Source: a bacterium
Lineage (GTDB): Bacteria > Zhuqueibacterota > Zhuqueibacteria > Residuimicrobiales > Krinioviventaceae
DNA: 64,000 bases
Assembly (NCBI GenBank): GCA_963674595.2
Contig: CAXXFV010000016.1
Span: 128,001-192,000, forward strand
Direction: 5' to 3'
Part shown: positions 1 through 9,561 of the stretch, piece by piece
Numbering within the stretch: the first letter of the stretch is position 1
Layout: every line of letters begins with the position of its first letter
Position numbers and translations under genes: made by a program
Notes under the pieces: generated by a model
What the model was told of the DNA's origin: nothing
Seen by the model: the letters and a program-made list of their open reading frames with translations, nothing else
The model's database searches: none

Positions 1-51
1 TCCGGAATTAACATCACCGGTGAATTCGGGAATTTCCAAGTTTACCATTGA

Positions 52-3000
52 TTGCCTTTGCCGGATATTGATGCCCCGGAATTGATTTCACCGGCTGTTA
101 ATGATACATTATCCGATGAAGTGATTACATTTTCCTGGAAACCGGTTGATGATGCAACGGCGTATCATTTTTATCCGTTCAAAATTGAAGAAGAAGCAGA
201 TATTGAAACAGCCCGTGGATTATGGCAGGATATTATTGCCACGACCGAATCGCAATATAATTATCCTGCAAAAGATTTACTGGTTGAAGGACGATACCGC
301 TGGAAAGTTGCCGCTGTTGCTGATAACGGTCTGGAAATGGCCAGTGAATTAAGGAATTTCTATTACAAGGCCTCATCTGCCACGTTAAATATTCGCACTT
401 ATGATGATAATAATACACCAACTGCGTTTGGTGATGATGTGGCCTTACCCAGGGTTAATATTGCATATAAAGCGCTGCAAGGTGTTTATACGGCCATGCC
501 TTTGTCTACCGATCTGGACGGCAAACGTATCAATTATCTGGTTTCTCCCGGAATTTATCAATTTACCGTTGAAAAAGACGGATATAATACAATTATCGAT
601 ACATTGACTTTTGTTGAAAATCAAACATATTCCTTGTCATTTCGGCTCAGTTCAAGCCCCTGTACTGTTACCGGTCGTATTGTTAATCAGTTTGAAGAGG
701 GTGTTGGAAATGCAAATGTGACGGCTGAACATACCTTGAGGACAGATGTTTTAAAATCCACAATGACGGACACCCGTGGCTATTTTTCGTTGCCATTACT
801 TGCCGGACCCTATCGGCTTTTAATTTCCAAAGAGGGTTATACCTCTCCGGCCCCACATTCGTTTTCAATTGAAAGTGATGAGATAAAAGCCATATCACCG
901 GATTTGGTGCTGACAAAAAATGCCAATATTATTACCGGTACGGTCGTTAATACGGCCCAACAGCCGGTTTATGGAGTTTTAGTCAGGTTGGCAAATGACG
1001 CGTCCGAGGTTTCACAGCGCACAAATGCCGATGGATTTTTTAGTTTTGAAGTACAGAATGGAACATGGACGGTTTCTGTTGAAAAAGATGGTTTTGTTTC
1101 TCCTGCATCCAGACAAGTTACGGTAACCGGAAATTCCAATATCAGTTTGACGCCACCGTTTATTTTACAATCAAATGCCGCCATTATACAGGGACAGGTA
1201 ACAGACGGTCTTTCACCGCTGGCCGGGGTTGTTGTTAAAGCCATTCCATCCGCAGGTACTGCTTTTCAGACAACAACCGATGATTTTGGACAGTTTACTT
1301 TGAATGTTACATCCGGCACATTTACGCTTTATGCGGAAAAAACGGGCTATATTTTTAACCAGTCGATTCAGGCAACGTTGTCAAGCGGTGAAACCCTGTC
1401 AGGACAAAAAATTGTGCTAAGCCCGGCCCAGAGTTTTGTTAAGGGCAAGGTCACAACAGACGGTTACACGCCTTTACAGGGTGTTAAAATATCCAACTCT
1501 GGTGTAAGCGTTTTAACGAATGAAAGCGGTACTTATTCTTTGGGCGTGGAACCCGGAACACATTCCATATCCGCTGCCAAAGAGGGTTATATCAGCACAT
1601 CCCCGGATACTGTCACTGTTGCACCTGGTCAGGTTGTTGAAAATATCAATTTTATTTTGTCTCCTAATGCAAGCGTGATAAAAGGACGTGTTACTTTTAA
1701 TGGTTCCGGTATTAATCATGCACAGGTCAATGCTGTTAATTCGCATACGGTAACGACTTTTTCCGATGAAAACGGTTATTATGTTCTTAATGTAGATGCC
1801 GGCGAATGGCAGATAACAGTTTCCAAAGAAAACTATACGACGGAATCCAAGACGGGTATTGTCATCGGAACAGCGCAAACGCTGTTGGATGTGGATTTTG
1901 AATTATCGTTAAACAGTGGTGTGGTTTCCGGTGTCGTACGTTCGACGAATTCGTCTGCAGCAATTGCCGGAGTAAAAGTAACCGTTTTGGAAAATGGTTT
2001 TTCAACGTTAACAAACCAGCAGGGACGGTTCAGTTTTTCTTTTACACCTGGTGAATATCATCTTAATTTTGAGAAAACCGGGTTTCAATCTGTTCAAAAT
2101 AAAAGCGTAACAGTTACTGTTAATCAGACATCAGAGTTGACTATCGATTTACAGCCGATGGAAAGCCAATTTAACGGCACTGTTTTAACACAAGATGATT
2201 TGCCGCTTAAAAATGTACAGATTTTAGCTGTGTCCGGTACGGATACGACCACAACTTTAACCACAACAGACGGAAAATTTGTTCTCGGTGTTCATGCCGG
2301 GACCTATCAACTGACGGCCGTTAAAAGCGGTTACCAGGACTATTCGTGGCCCCAAAATTATTCCATTGCTAATGGTGAAACAATTCAGTTACCAAATGCA
2401 AAATTAACTTCAGCTTTTATTAAAGTAGCCGGAAATGTACGGGACGCGAGTTCAACGGGTATTGCCGAGGCGCGAATAACCGCAAAAACAACAACCGGTT
2501 TTTCAGCGCAAACGCAAACCTCAGAAACCGGTGAATTCGAATTTGTTGATACTTCCGGCCAGCCCATTCTACCTGCCGGAACCTATACATTGATTGCTTC
2601 GAAAAACGGCTTTCAGCCTGATACGCTTTCAAATGTAAATATTAACAGCCCGGTCACGGACCTTGCTTTTCAGTTGATCAAAAATACCGGTGCTGTCAAA
2701 GGTATTGTTTATCTTGATAACGTCGCTTTGGCCGGAGCAACGGTCACGGCAGTTGCGTCAACCTCAAAAAAATCGTTTTCTACCGTATCACAAACCAACG
2801 GCCGTTTTGAAATTTCCGGACTTGTTTCCGGTACCTATAAGGTTAAGGCGGTTTTTACCGGTGCTTCTGTCCCGGAAGAACAGGTTATTGATGCATCCTC
2901 CGGTACGGATGTGGGAATTTATTTGACATCTAACAAAGGGCACCTGTACGGTACGATAAAAAATGCTGCCTTTAATACGGTCATTAACCAGGCATCCATC

Positions 3001-4404
3001 ACCTTGAATAATAATCATGGTGGTGTAAATACGGTTTATAGTGATTCCACTGGATTTTACCAGGCTAAAAGCTTACCGACCGATTATCCGTTTAATATAA
3101 AAATTGTGAAAAAAGGATATCAAACTATTGAACAAAACAGCGTTGTTATCGATTCATCGACACAGCTTGATTATAACCTGGAACCCTTGTACGGTGATAT
3201 TTCCGGTATTGTGTCGCAGGATGGTAATACGCCTGTGGCTGAAGTGATTGTTCATGCTGTTTCTCAACGATATTCATTTTCGGATACAACAGATCAAAAC
3301 GGTACATATCAATTCATTAATATACCGGCGGATTTGTACACTGTTACGGCTGAAAAAGTCGGTTACCGCTCTGATCCCATTGAAAAAAGTGCAGACTTGT
3401 GGTTGGGCGGCGATTTAACAAATTATAATTTTACTTTTATAGAGGCTATAGCAGCCAAATTGACCATTATCGGTCCGGAAAATGTAAAAAACACGGTCGT
3501 TCAAAAATACAATTTTACCGCCAAAACGGCCGATAATCGTGAAGCTGTTATCGATCCGTTATGGTCGGTTAATTTTACCCCGGCGGTTGAATTACTTGAT
3601 CAAAATGGTATCTTGGACCCGGCTAATGATTATATTGGGTCCGTTATAATAACCATTACCGATCAGTTTTCAGGGGCTTTTGCATCGCAAAAAGTATATA
3701 TATATCAGGAAGTGACGGATAAAACGCTTCAAAAAGAGTTGACCGATAAAAGAAATATTCAGCTCTATTTGCCGGACAATTCTGCGGAACAAAAAATCCA
3801 GTTACAGTTACGTAAACCTGATTTTTCAGATATAAGAAGAAACAAAAAAGATTATCAGGTTATCGGTGATATTTACCAGCTTTCACCGACGACTTATGTT
3901 TTTTCAAGTCCGCTGGAACTGGTGTTTTCTGTTCCTGAAGAATATTTGGATAAAAAAGTCGTTATTGGTAAATGGAATACAGACCGGTTAGAATGGGAAG
4001 TCATTACCAGTGAAAAGATTGGGGACGAACAGTTGCGCGTTTCCACGCATCAACTTGGACGATTTGCCATGCTGGCGCAGGCCGAACCGTTAAGCATTTC
4101 AGATATTAAAATTTTGCCGAATCCTTTTTCACCTTATACAGGTCCGGCTAAAATCAGTTATACTATTACTTCAAATACAACAACAACACCAATTGTAACG
4201 GCCAAAGTTTATAATATGGTTGGAGATTTGGTCAAGATATTAATTGACGCCAAGCCACAGGAACGTGGTGAAAACTTGGTGGAATGGGACGGTTTATCTG
4301 ATATGGGCCGTATGGCCATGAACGGCCGGTATTTGTTGCGTATGCAGGTAAAAGACATGACCGGCACAAAGGAAAAACTGGAAACCTTTGTGTTGATTAA
4401 ATAA
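52..4404 (+). CDS. Large secreted protein: about 11 carboxypeptidase-regulatory-like beta-sandwich repeats and a C-terminal FlgD-Ig/T9SS-like domain; probably 5'-partial
   Basis: Recurring 'xxxGxVx...V.GxxV...TDxxGxF....xxGxYxxxxxKxGY' units; C-terminus 'PNPFSP...VYNMVGDLVK...WDG...NGRY'; no signal peptide at the TTG start. Confidence 0.8.
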   Translation: MPLPDIDAPELISPAVNDTLSDEVITFSWKPVDDATAYHFYPFKIEEEADIETARGLWQDIIATTESQYNYPAKDLLVEGRYRWKVAAVADNGLEMASELRNFYYKASSATLNIRTYDDNNTPTAFGDDVALPRVNIAYKALQGVYTAMPLSTDLDGKRINYLVSPGIYQFTVEKDGYNTIIDTLTFVENQTYSLSFRLSSSPCTVTGRIVNQFEEGVGNANVTAEHTLRTDVLKSTMTDTRGYFSLPLLAGPYRLLISKEGYTSPAPHSFSIESDEIKAISPDLVLTKNANIITGTVVNTAQQPVYGVLVRLANDASEVSQRTNADGFFSFEVQNGTWTVSVEKDGFVSPASRQVTVTGNSNISLTPPFILQSNAAIIQGQVTDGLSPLAGVVVKAIPSAGTAFQTTTDDFGQFTLNVTSGTFTLYAEKTGYIFNQSIQATLSSGETLSGQKIVLSPAQSFVKGKVTTDGYTPLQGVKISNSGVSVLTNESGTYSLGVEPGTHSISAAKEGYISTSPDTVTVAPGQVVENINFILSPNASVIKGRVTFNGSGINHAQVNAVNSHTVTTFSDENGYYVLNVDAGEWQITVSKENYTTESKTGIVIGTAQTLLDVDFELSLNSGVVSGVVRSTNSSAAIAGVKVTVLENGFSTLTNQQGRFSFSFTPGEYHLNFEKTGFQSVQNKSVTVTVNQTSELTIDLQPMESQFNGTVLTQDDLPLKNVQILAVSGTDTTTTLTTTDGKFVLGVHAGTYQLTAVKSGYQDYSWPQNYSIANGETIQLPNAKLTSAFIKVAGNVRDASSTGIAEARITAKTTTGFSAQTQTSETGEFEFVDTSGQPILPAGTYTLIASKNGFQPDTLSNVNINSPVTDLAFQLIKNTGAVKGIVYLDNVALAGATVTAVASTSKKSFSTVSQTNGRFEISGLVSGTYKVKAVFTGASVPEEQVIDASSGTDVGIYLTSNKGHLYGTIKNAAFNTVINQASITLNNNHGGVNTVYSDSTGFYQAKSLPTDYPFNIKIVKKGYQTIEQNSVVIDSSTQLDYNLEPLYGDISGIVSQDGNTPVAEVIVHAVSQRYSFSDTTDQNGTYQFINIPADLYTVTAEKVGYRSDPIEKSADLWLGGDLTNYNFTFIEAIAAKLTIIGPENVKNTVVQKYNFTAKTADNREAVIDPLWSVNFTPAVELLDQNGILDPANDYIGSVIITITDQFSGAFASQKVYIYQEVTDKTLQKELTDKRNIQLYLPDNSAEQKIQLQLRKPDFSDIRRNKKDYQVIGDIYQLSPTTYVFSSPLELVFSVPEEYLDKKVVIGKWNTDRLEWEVITSEKIGDEQLRVSTHQLGRFAMLAQAEPLSISDIKILPNPFSPYTGPAKISYTITSNTTTTPIVTAKVYNMVGDLVKILIDAKPQERGENLVEWDGLSDMGRMAMNGRYLLRMQVKDMTGTKEKLETFVLIK

Positions 4405-5324
4405 TGAGGCTATGGATGAGATTTCTTTTCTACATTTTTATTGTTTTAATTTCATGTTTGCCGGTAGCGGCTGACATTCCTGCTGCTTACGTTGACATTG
4501 GATTTGGAGCGCGTCCGATGGGTATGGGCGGTGCCTACACGGCTTTGAGTAATGACATCAATGCCATGTTTTGGAACCCGGCAGGAATGACATTTATACA
4601 GGGCAGCCAGGTAACGGCCATGTATACAAAACAATTTGGACTTATTCCCTATGGTTTTGCAGCCTATGGCGGCCAATTTTATGGCAATTATGCCGGACTC
4701 GGATTTATAACGTCCGGGAATGACGTTCTGCGTGAAACAACGTTTTTGGCAAGTTATGCTATCAAGTTTTTTATTCCCTATATAGGTACAACGCGCCTTG
4801 GTGCAAATGTGCGATACCGACGGTCCAGTTTTGGAAACAATCAGGACGGTGGTGAATTCCGAAGTCAGGGAGATGCTTCCGGATTTGGTGTTGATGCCGG
4901 TGTTTTATGGGTCCTTAATCCGAAAACGTCTTTTGGGATTTTTGGCAGAGACCTTTTTAATGCCATGTATTACAACAATACCACCCGGGATGTCAGTTAT
5001 TCTGAAAGTATTCCCCGTACTTTGGTGTTCGGTTTAGCCCGTTCTATTCGACAGGGTGCGTTTTTAACGCTGGATTGGGAACAGGCCTTATATTCGGATA
5101 CTTTTAACAAGGTGCATGTAGGTACGGAAATTCAGGTTTTTCAGCTTATATTTTTGCGCGGTGGATTTTGGCAAAATGTGGAAGGTGATATCAACAGAAA
5201 TTACAGCGCCGGAATGGGACTGAATTATACAGCCCGCCGCGTTGCCGTACAATTTGATTTTGCCTATTTGTTTAATGATTTAGCCAATACACCCAGAGTT
5301 TCGTTAACGGTTTTTTACAAGTAA
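4404..5324 (+). CDS. PorV/PorQ (UPF0164, FadL-like) outer-membrane beta-barrel protein
   Basis: Signal peptide, then 'GARPMGMGGAYTALSNDINAMFWNPAG' and amphipathic strands ending 'FDFAY...RVSLTVFYK'; 1-nt overlap with the upstream stop. Confidence 0.8.
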   Translation: MRLWMRFLFYIFIVLISCLPVAADIPAAYVDIGFGARPMGMGGAYTALSNDINAMFWNPAGMTFIQGSQVTAMYTKQFGLIPYGFAAYGGQFYGNYAGLGFITSGNDVLRETTFLASYAIKFFIPYIGTTRLGANVRYRRSSFGNNQDGGEFRSQGDASGFGVDAGVLWVLNPKTSFGIFGRDLFNAMYYNNTTRDVSYSESIPRTLVFGLARSIRQGAFLTLDWEQALYSDTFNKVHVGTEIQVFQLIFLRGGFWQNVEGDINRNYSAGMGLNYTARRVAVQFDFAYLFNDLANTPRVSLTVFYK

Positions 5325-5327
5325 ATT

Positions 5328-6797
5328 GTGAAATTTATTATGATGAAAAAAATACTATTACTGTTTTTGCTTTTTATTCAACTTCCTGCAATGGCAGAAG
5401 ATAAAGATTTGATTGTTTTTCTGCGAGGCGGCAGAACAGATATTAAATTTTCGTTTTTTGGACAATTGATTACAGGAGACGGTTTATCGCTTGGTTACAA
5501 GTCCAGTCAACCCTGGGATATATGGGACAATCCGGCGTCTTTGGTGACATTTAACCAAAGTTATTTCAATCTGAATTTTCAGCCGCAACTCAATTTTGAT
5601 CCCAATTCTTTGTATGATATCGATGCGGACATTATTGAAAATGTTGATGACGCTATCAAAGATTATCGCGATGAGAATACCCTTGTGGATTATCCGGTAG
5701 TTCAAGGTAATGTCGGACAAAAAGGTGACATGTTTGGTTTTCAGTTGGTAATTCCTTTATCGGACCAAAATTCCCGTAAAAGTGTGATGACGTTTTCTCT
5801 CAGCCGCCCGGTTTTTATGGATTTTGAAGCCAATAATGATGGATTTGATACGCTGATTCGTACCACCAAAGCAGTTGGTGATCAGAATAAAATTATAAAT
5901 TTGCGTATGAATGCGGTTTTGTATGGACAGGCTCATATTAAAGCTTCTCAATATGCCTTTGGATTTTCGCATTTGTTTTCAGATCGTCTGGCAGTCGGTG
6001 TTAAACTTGGCCGGACATTGATCAATACCAAAGTGAACGGTCAGGTGAAACTGAATGGAATTATGGAAACAGCCGGGACCGAATATGCTTTTAACGATCC
6101 GTACGATCCCAGAATTGATTTTGAAGCAGGTGAAACCAATAAACTCGACCAGAATATTAATGCTGATTTTTCCGGACAGGGCTGGAACGCTCAATTTGGT
6201 TTTCTGACATTGCTGACCAAAAGTCTGGTTTTGGGTTTGGATGCAAATATTCAGGAAAGTATTGTTTTGACGGGCAATATGGAAATTGAACAGTATAAAA
6301 TTCCGGCTTTAAATATGGATGCGCTTTCCGGGGATGAAAGTGATGAGGATTTGATAGATCCGGTTAAGCTGGATCTGGCTAAACTGACATTGACGGAAAA
6401 AGTTGATAATAAAGTCAGCCGGCGTCTTTCTTTTCAAATGCCGTCCTCTGTCGGATTACAGCTTTCACGTCAGGGTCGTGTTTTTGAAGCTGTTTTGGGT
6501 TTCCGAAAATATATCGGCCGTTTTGGATACAATTTTTTAGATACAAAATATCAGGCCCATCTTAATTACGGCGTTGATATGGACATTATTCTCGGTGGAT
6601 TTAATATGTCTCTGGGTGCAATAAAAGCTTCTTTGGTGAATGAAGAAGAATTTAAAATCGTTGATGAACTGTCGACCTGGATGCCCCATGGTTCACTTGG
6701 ATTCGAGTTTTTTCTCTTGAACAATATTCATGTCGGGACAAAACTTTTTGTAACACCCACACCGGGTTTGGGTATTAAACTGGGTTATTTTTTCTAA
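5328..6797 (+). CDS. Hypothetical outer-membrane beta-barrel protein (FadL-like)
   Basis: Signal peptide (start may be ATG 5340 or 5343), 'WDNPASL' motif, terminal aromatic beta-signal 'IKLGYFF'. Confidence 0.6.
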   Translation: MKFIMMKKILLLFLLFIQLPAMAEDKDLIVFLRGGRTDIKFSFFGQLITGDGLSLGYKSSQPWDIWDNPASLVTFNQSYFNLNFQPQLNFDPNSLYDIDADIIENVDDAIKDYRDENTLVDYPVVQGNVGQKGDMFGFQLVIPLSDQNSRKSVMTFSLSRPVFMDFEANNDGFDTLIRTTKAVGDQNKIINLRMNAVLYGQAHIKASQYAFGFSHLFSDRLAVGVKLGRTLINTKVNGQVKLNGIMETAGTEYAFNDPYDPRIDFEAGETNKLDQNINADFSGQGWNAQFGFLTLLTKSLVLGLDANIQESIVLTGNMEIEQYKIPALNMDALSGDESDEDLIDPVKLDLAKLTLTEKVDNKVSRRLSFQMPSSVGLQLSRQGRVFEAVLGFRKYIGRFGYNFLDTKYQAHLNYGVDMDIILGGFNMSLGAIKASLVNEEEFKIVDELSTWMPHGSLGFEFFLLNNIHVGTKLFVTPTPGLGIKLGYFF

Positions 6798-6829
6798 TCG
6801 TATAACAATAATTTGTGTTACCTTTCTTT

Positions 6830-6870
6830 AAAAGCAAGCCGTATCTAAACATGCGGCTTGCTTTTTCGTT
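6830..6870 (+). terminator. Intrinsic terminator (or attenuator) hairpin
   Basis: AAAAGCAAGCCG...CGGCTTGCTTTT perfect 12-bp inverted repeat followed by a T-rich tract. Confidence 0.75.
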
Positions 6871-7005
6871 TATTTCTTTTAAATTATCATATTCAAAACC
6901 AGATAAAATTTTCATTTATGACCGGAGGTTTACGATGCGTTTACAATCTTTATATTATGATTTTTCAAATGGAAAGAAAAACCGATCATTATGGAGATTT
7001 AGTTT

Positions 7006-8616
7006 ATGCAATATTTTAAAATTTCAAATTTGTCTTTTTGCTATGAGGAACAGGTCGAAAACCTTTTTAACGATATAAGTTGTGAAATAAATACCGAAGA
7101 TAAAATCGGTCTCGTCGGGGAAAACGGTTGCGGCAAAACAACCCTATTTAAAATTATGCTTGGAGAACAGGATGTCAAAGCCGGTGTTCTTAACAGGAAT
7201 CAAAATTTAAAAATTGGGTACCTGCCTCAAAAATTAATCTTTTCAGAAAATATAACTGTTGCTGATTATTTGTGGATGATTAATCCTGCTTTATTAGCTA
7301 TAAAACAAAAAATTGAAGCGGAAAAAGACTTTACTTCCGACAATATCAACTTGTTTACGGAATTTGAAGAAAAGGGCGGATATTCTTTTGAAAATAAATA
7401 TTTTCGAATTCTGTCCAGATTTCAATTGGATGAAAAACTTGCACAACAAAAGCTTGAACAGATAAGCGGCGGTGAAAAAACAAAGGTGGCCCTGTGCCGG
7501 CTTTTGTTAAAAGATTCCGACGTGTTACTGCTCGATGAACCCACAAACCATCTTGATGTGCAAACATTACAATGGCTGGAGAATTTTCTCAGTTCTATAA
7601 AAATTCCCTATGTTATCATTAGTCATGACCGCAAATTTTTAGACCAGTGCGTCAATAAAATTTGGGAACTGGAAGACAAAACCCTGTCTGTTTATACCGG
7701 CAATTACTCTTTTTATAAAACAGAAAAAGAGACGGATTTTCAGACAAGAATACATACCTATCAATCGCAGCAGAAAAAAATCAAACAATTGGAAAAAGCG
7801 TTTACGGACCGGAAAGAATGGGCGGCGTCTCATCAACAACAAACAGGTAAAGAAGGCAATGCTCATGTTTATGAGAGTATTACCAATGCCGCTAAACGCT
7901 CTATGCAGCGGGCGAAAAATGTAGAAAAACGCATGCAAAAAATGATTGAAAAAGCCAAAGAAGACAAGGTTTTTATTAAAAAGAAAAGGGAATTCTTTTT
8001 ACAAGCCAAGGAAATTAAAGCACAGCACGTATTAAAAGTAACCGGTTTGGGGAAATCCTTTTCAGAAATCCCTGTTTTTAAGGACACAACTTTTACAGTG
8101 GGCAGAAACACCAAACTGGCTATTACCGGTTCCAATGGCTCCGGTAAAACTACCTTATTAAGAATAATTACCGGTTTTATTAAACAGTCTGGCGGGACTT
8201 TTTCGTGGACACCTGCCGCCAGGATCGGATATTTCAGCCAGGAACACGAAATCCTTGATGAAGATAAATCCATTCTTGAGCAAGTGCTTCAGGGAGATAT
8301 GGAAAAAATGACCTATGCGAGGACCGTGCTGGGCTGTTTAAATATTCGTGGTGACCGTGTTTATCAGCAAATAAAAACAACAAGTTTGGGTGAAAAAACA
8401 AAGGTTGCTTTGGCAAAAATTCTGGTTTCTGATGTGAATGTGTTGGTGCTGGATGAGCCGACAAATCATTTAGAGATCTCTGCTCGTGAAGCGTTGGAAA
8501 AAGCATTGGTTGCTTTTCAAAATCCCATAATTTTTGTATCACATGACCGTTATTTTGTGGAAAAACTGGCAACAGACCAGTTGGACATGGATTCGGGAGA
8601 ATATAGAGCTGTTTAA
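7006..8616 (+). CDS. ABC-F family ATPase, ribosome-protection (ARE)-like
   Basis: Two ABC domains (GENGCGKTT/ISGGE/LLLDEPTNHLD; GSNGSGKTT/TSLGE/LVLDEPTNHLE), no TM segments, long helical interdomain linker. Confidence 0.85.
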   Translation: MQYFKISNLSFCYEEQVENLFNDISCEINTEDKIGLVGENGCGKTTLFKIMLGEQDVKAGVLNRNQNLKIGYLPQKLIFSENITVADYLWMINPALLAIKQKIEAEKDFTSDNINLFTEFEEKGGYSFENKYFRILSRFQLDEKLAQQKLEQISGGEKTKVALCRLLLKDSDVLLLDEPTNHLDVQTLQWLENFLSSIKIPYVIISHDRKFLDQCVNKIWELEDKTLSVYTGNYSFYKTEKETDFQTRIHTYQSQQKKIKQLEKAFTDRKEWAASHQQQTGKEGNAHVYESITNAAKRSMQRAKNVEKRMQKMIEKAKEDKVFIKKKREFFLQAKEIKAQHVLKVTGLGKSFSEIPVFKDTTFTVGRNTKLAITGSNGSGKTTLLRIITGFIKQSGGTFSWTPAARIGYFSQEHEILDEDKSILEQVLQGDMEKMTYARTVLGCLNIRGDRVYQQIKTTSLGEKTKVALAKILVSDVNVLVLDEPTNHLEISAREALEKALVAFQNPIIFVSHDRYFVEKLATDQLDMDSGEYRAV

Positions 8617-8658
8617 ACTATTAAATGATAACATAGGTTTTAAAAATGTATTTTTTTA

Positions 8659-8710
8659 TTGAAATTTTCTGAAAACTGTGTTAGATTCCATTTTGGTATT
8701 AATTTGGTAT
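8659..8710 (+). promoter_or_regulatory. Candidate sigma70 promoter and operator of the toxin-antitoxin operon
   Basis: TTGAAA-17 nt-TAGATT, then TTTGGTAT direct repeats at 8692-8699 and 8703-8710. Confidence 0.45.
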
Positions 8711-8728
8711 AAGAATGTGAGGTTTCAT

Positions 8729-8971
8729 ATGCCGGCAATAACTTTAAAAAATATTCCAACAGATTTGTATGATGAAATAAGGAAAAATGCAGAGATAAAT
8801 TTTCGTAGTATTAATAGTGAAATAATATTTCGTCTAAAACAATCTGTCGAGCATAAGAGGATTGACCCCAAGTTATTAATTTCCAGGATTGAAGACCTTC
8901 AGGCCAAAATAAAAATCCCAAATCTAACTGATGAAATATTACATCAAGCTAAAAATATGGGGCGCCAATGA
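8729..8971 (+). CDS. FitA/Arc-like ribbon-helix-helix antitoxin
   Basis: 'MPAITLKNIPTDLYDEIRKNAEINFRSINSEII'; ATG 8729 after GAGG; ATGA overlap with the PIN toxin. Confidence 0.8.
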   Translation: MPAITLKNIPTDLYDEIRKNAEINFRSINSEIIFRLKQSVEHKRIDPKLLISRIEDLQAKIKIPNLTDEILHQAKNMGRQ

Positions 8972-9363
8972 TTGTTGTCGATACAAATGTGATCGCCTAT
9001 TTATTTATTAAAGGAGAAAAGACTGAAAGTGCCAAGTCATTGTTGTTGTACGATTCTGAATGGATAGCTCCCTTTTTATGGAAAAGTGAGTTTCGAAATA
9101 TACTTGCGCTGTATTTAAGAAAAAAATATTTAAGATTTGACGACGCTTTATTAATATTAAATGAAGCAGAAAATTTTATGAGTGAAAATGAATATGAAGT
9201 TAATTCAAAAGAAATTTTGGAGCTTGTAAATAATTCGAATTGTTCAGCCTATGATTGTGAATTTGTAGCTTTGGCAAAAAGATTAAATCTTAAATTATAC
9301 ACGTTGGATAAAAAAATATTTAAAGAATTTCCAGAATTTGTAAATTATATCAATGATTTTTAA
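8968..9363 (+). CDS. vapC: VapC-family PIN-domain toxin
   Basis: 'MIVVDTNVIAY...EFRN...SAYDCEFVALA...LYTLDKK' acidic PIN residues. Confidence 0.88.
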   Translation: MIVVDTNVIAYLFIKGEKTESAKSLLLYDSEWIAPFLWKSEFRNILALYLRKKYLRFDDALLILNEAENFMSENEYEVNSKEILELVNNSNCSAYDCEFVALAKRLNLKLYTLDKKIFKEFPEFVNYINDF

Positions 9364-9561
9364 TCTTATTAAGACTTGGTATCAAGCTTAAAATGGTTTT
9401 TAGGGGATATATGGGTAGTTTCTCAAATTATCAAAATCTATTGTATTTCAGCATAAATTTAGTTTTATTGGTTGATGAAAAAAATAGTCTGTTTTAACCG
9501 GGCGTCCTGAAAATGGACGCCGTTATAACTTGCTTTAGTCCCAAAAATCCCGGAGCTGAAA

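Noticed and set aside
49-51. In-frame TGA as selenocysteine or readthrough
   Set aside because: No redox-motif context or evident SECIS-like hairpin; an indel or gene boundary is simpler.
6815-6934. 5' extension of the leader ORF from GTG 6815
   Set aside because: It runs through the terminator hairpin and has no SD; only the ATG 6935 portion was kept as a candidate.
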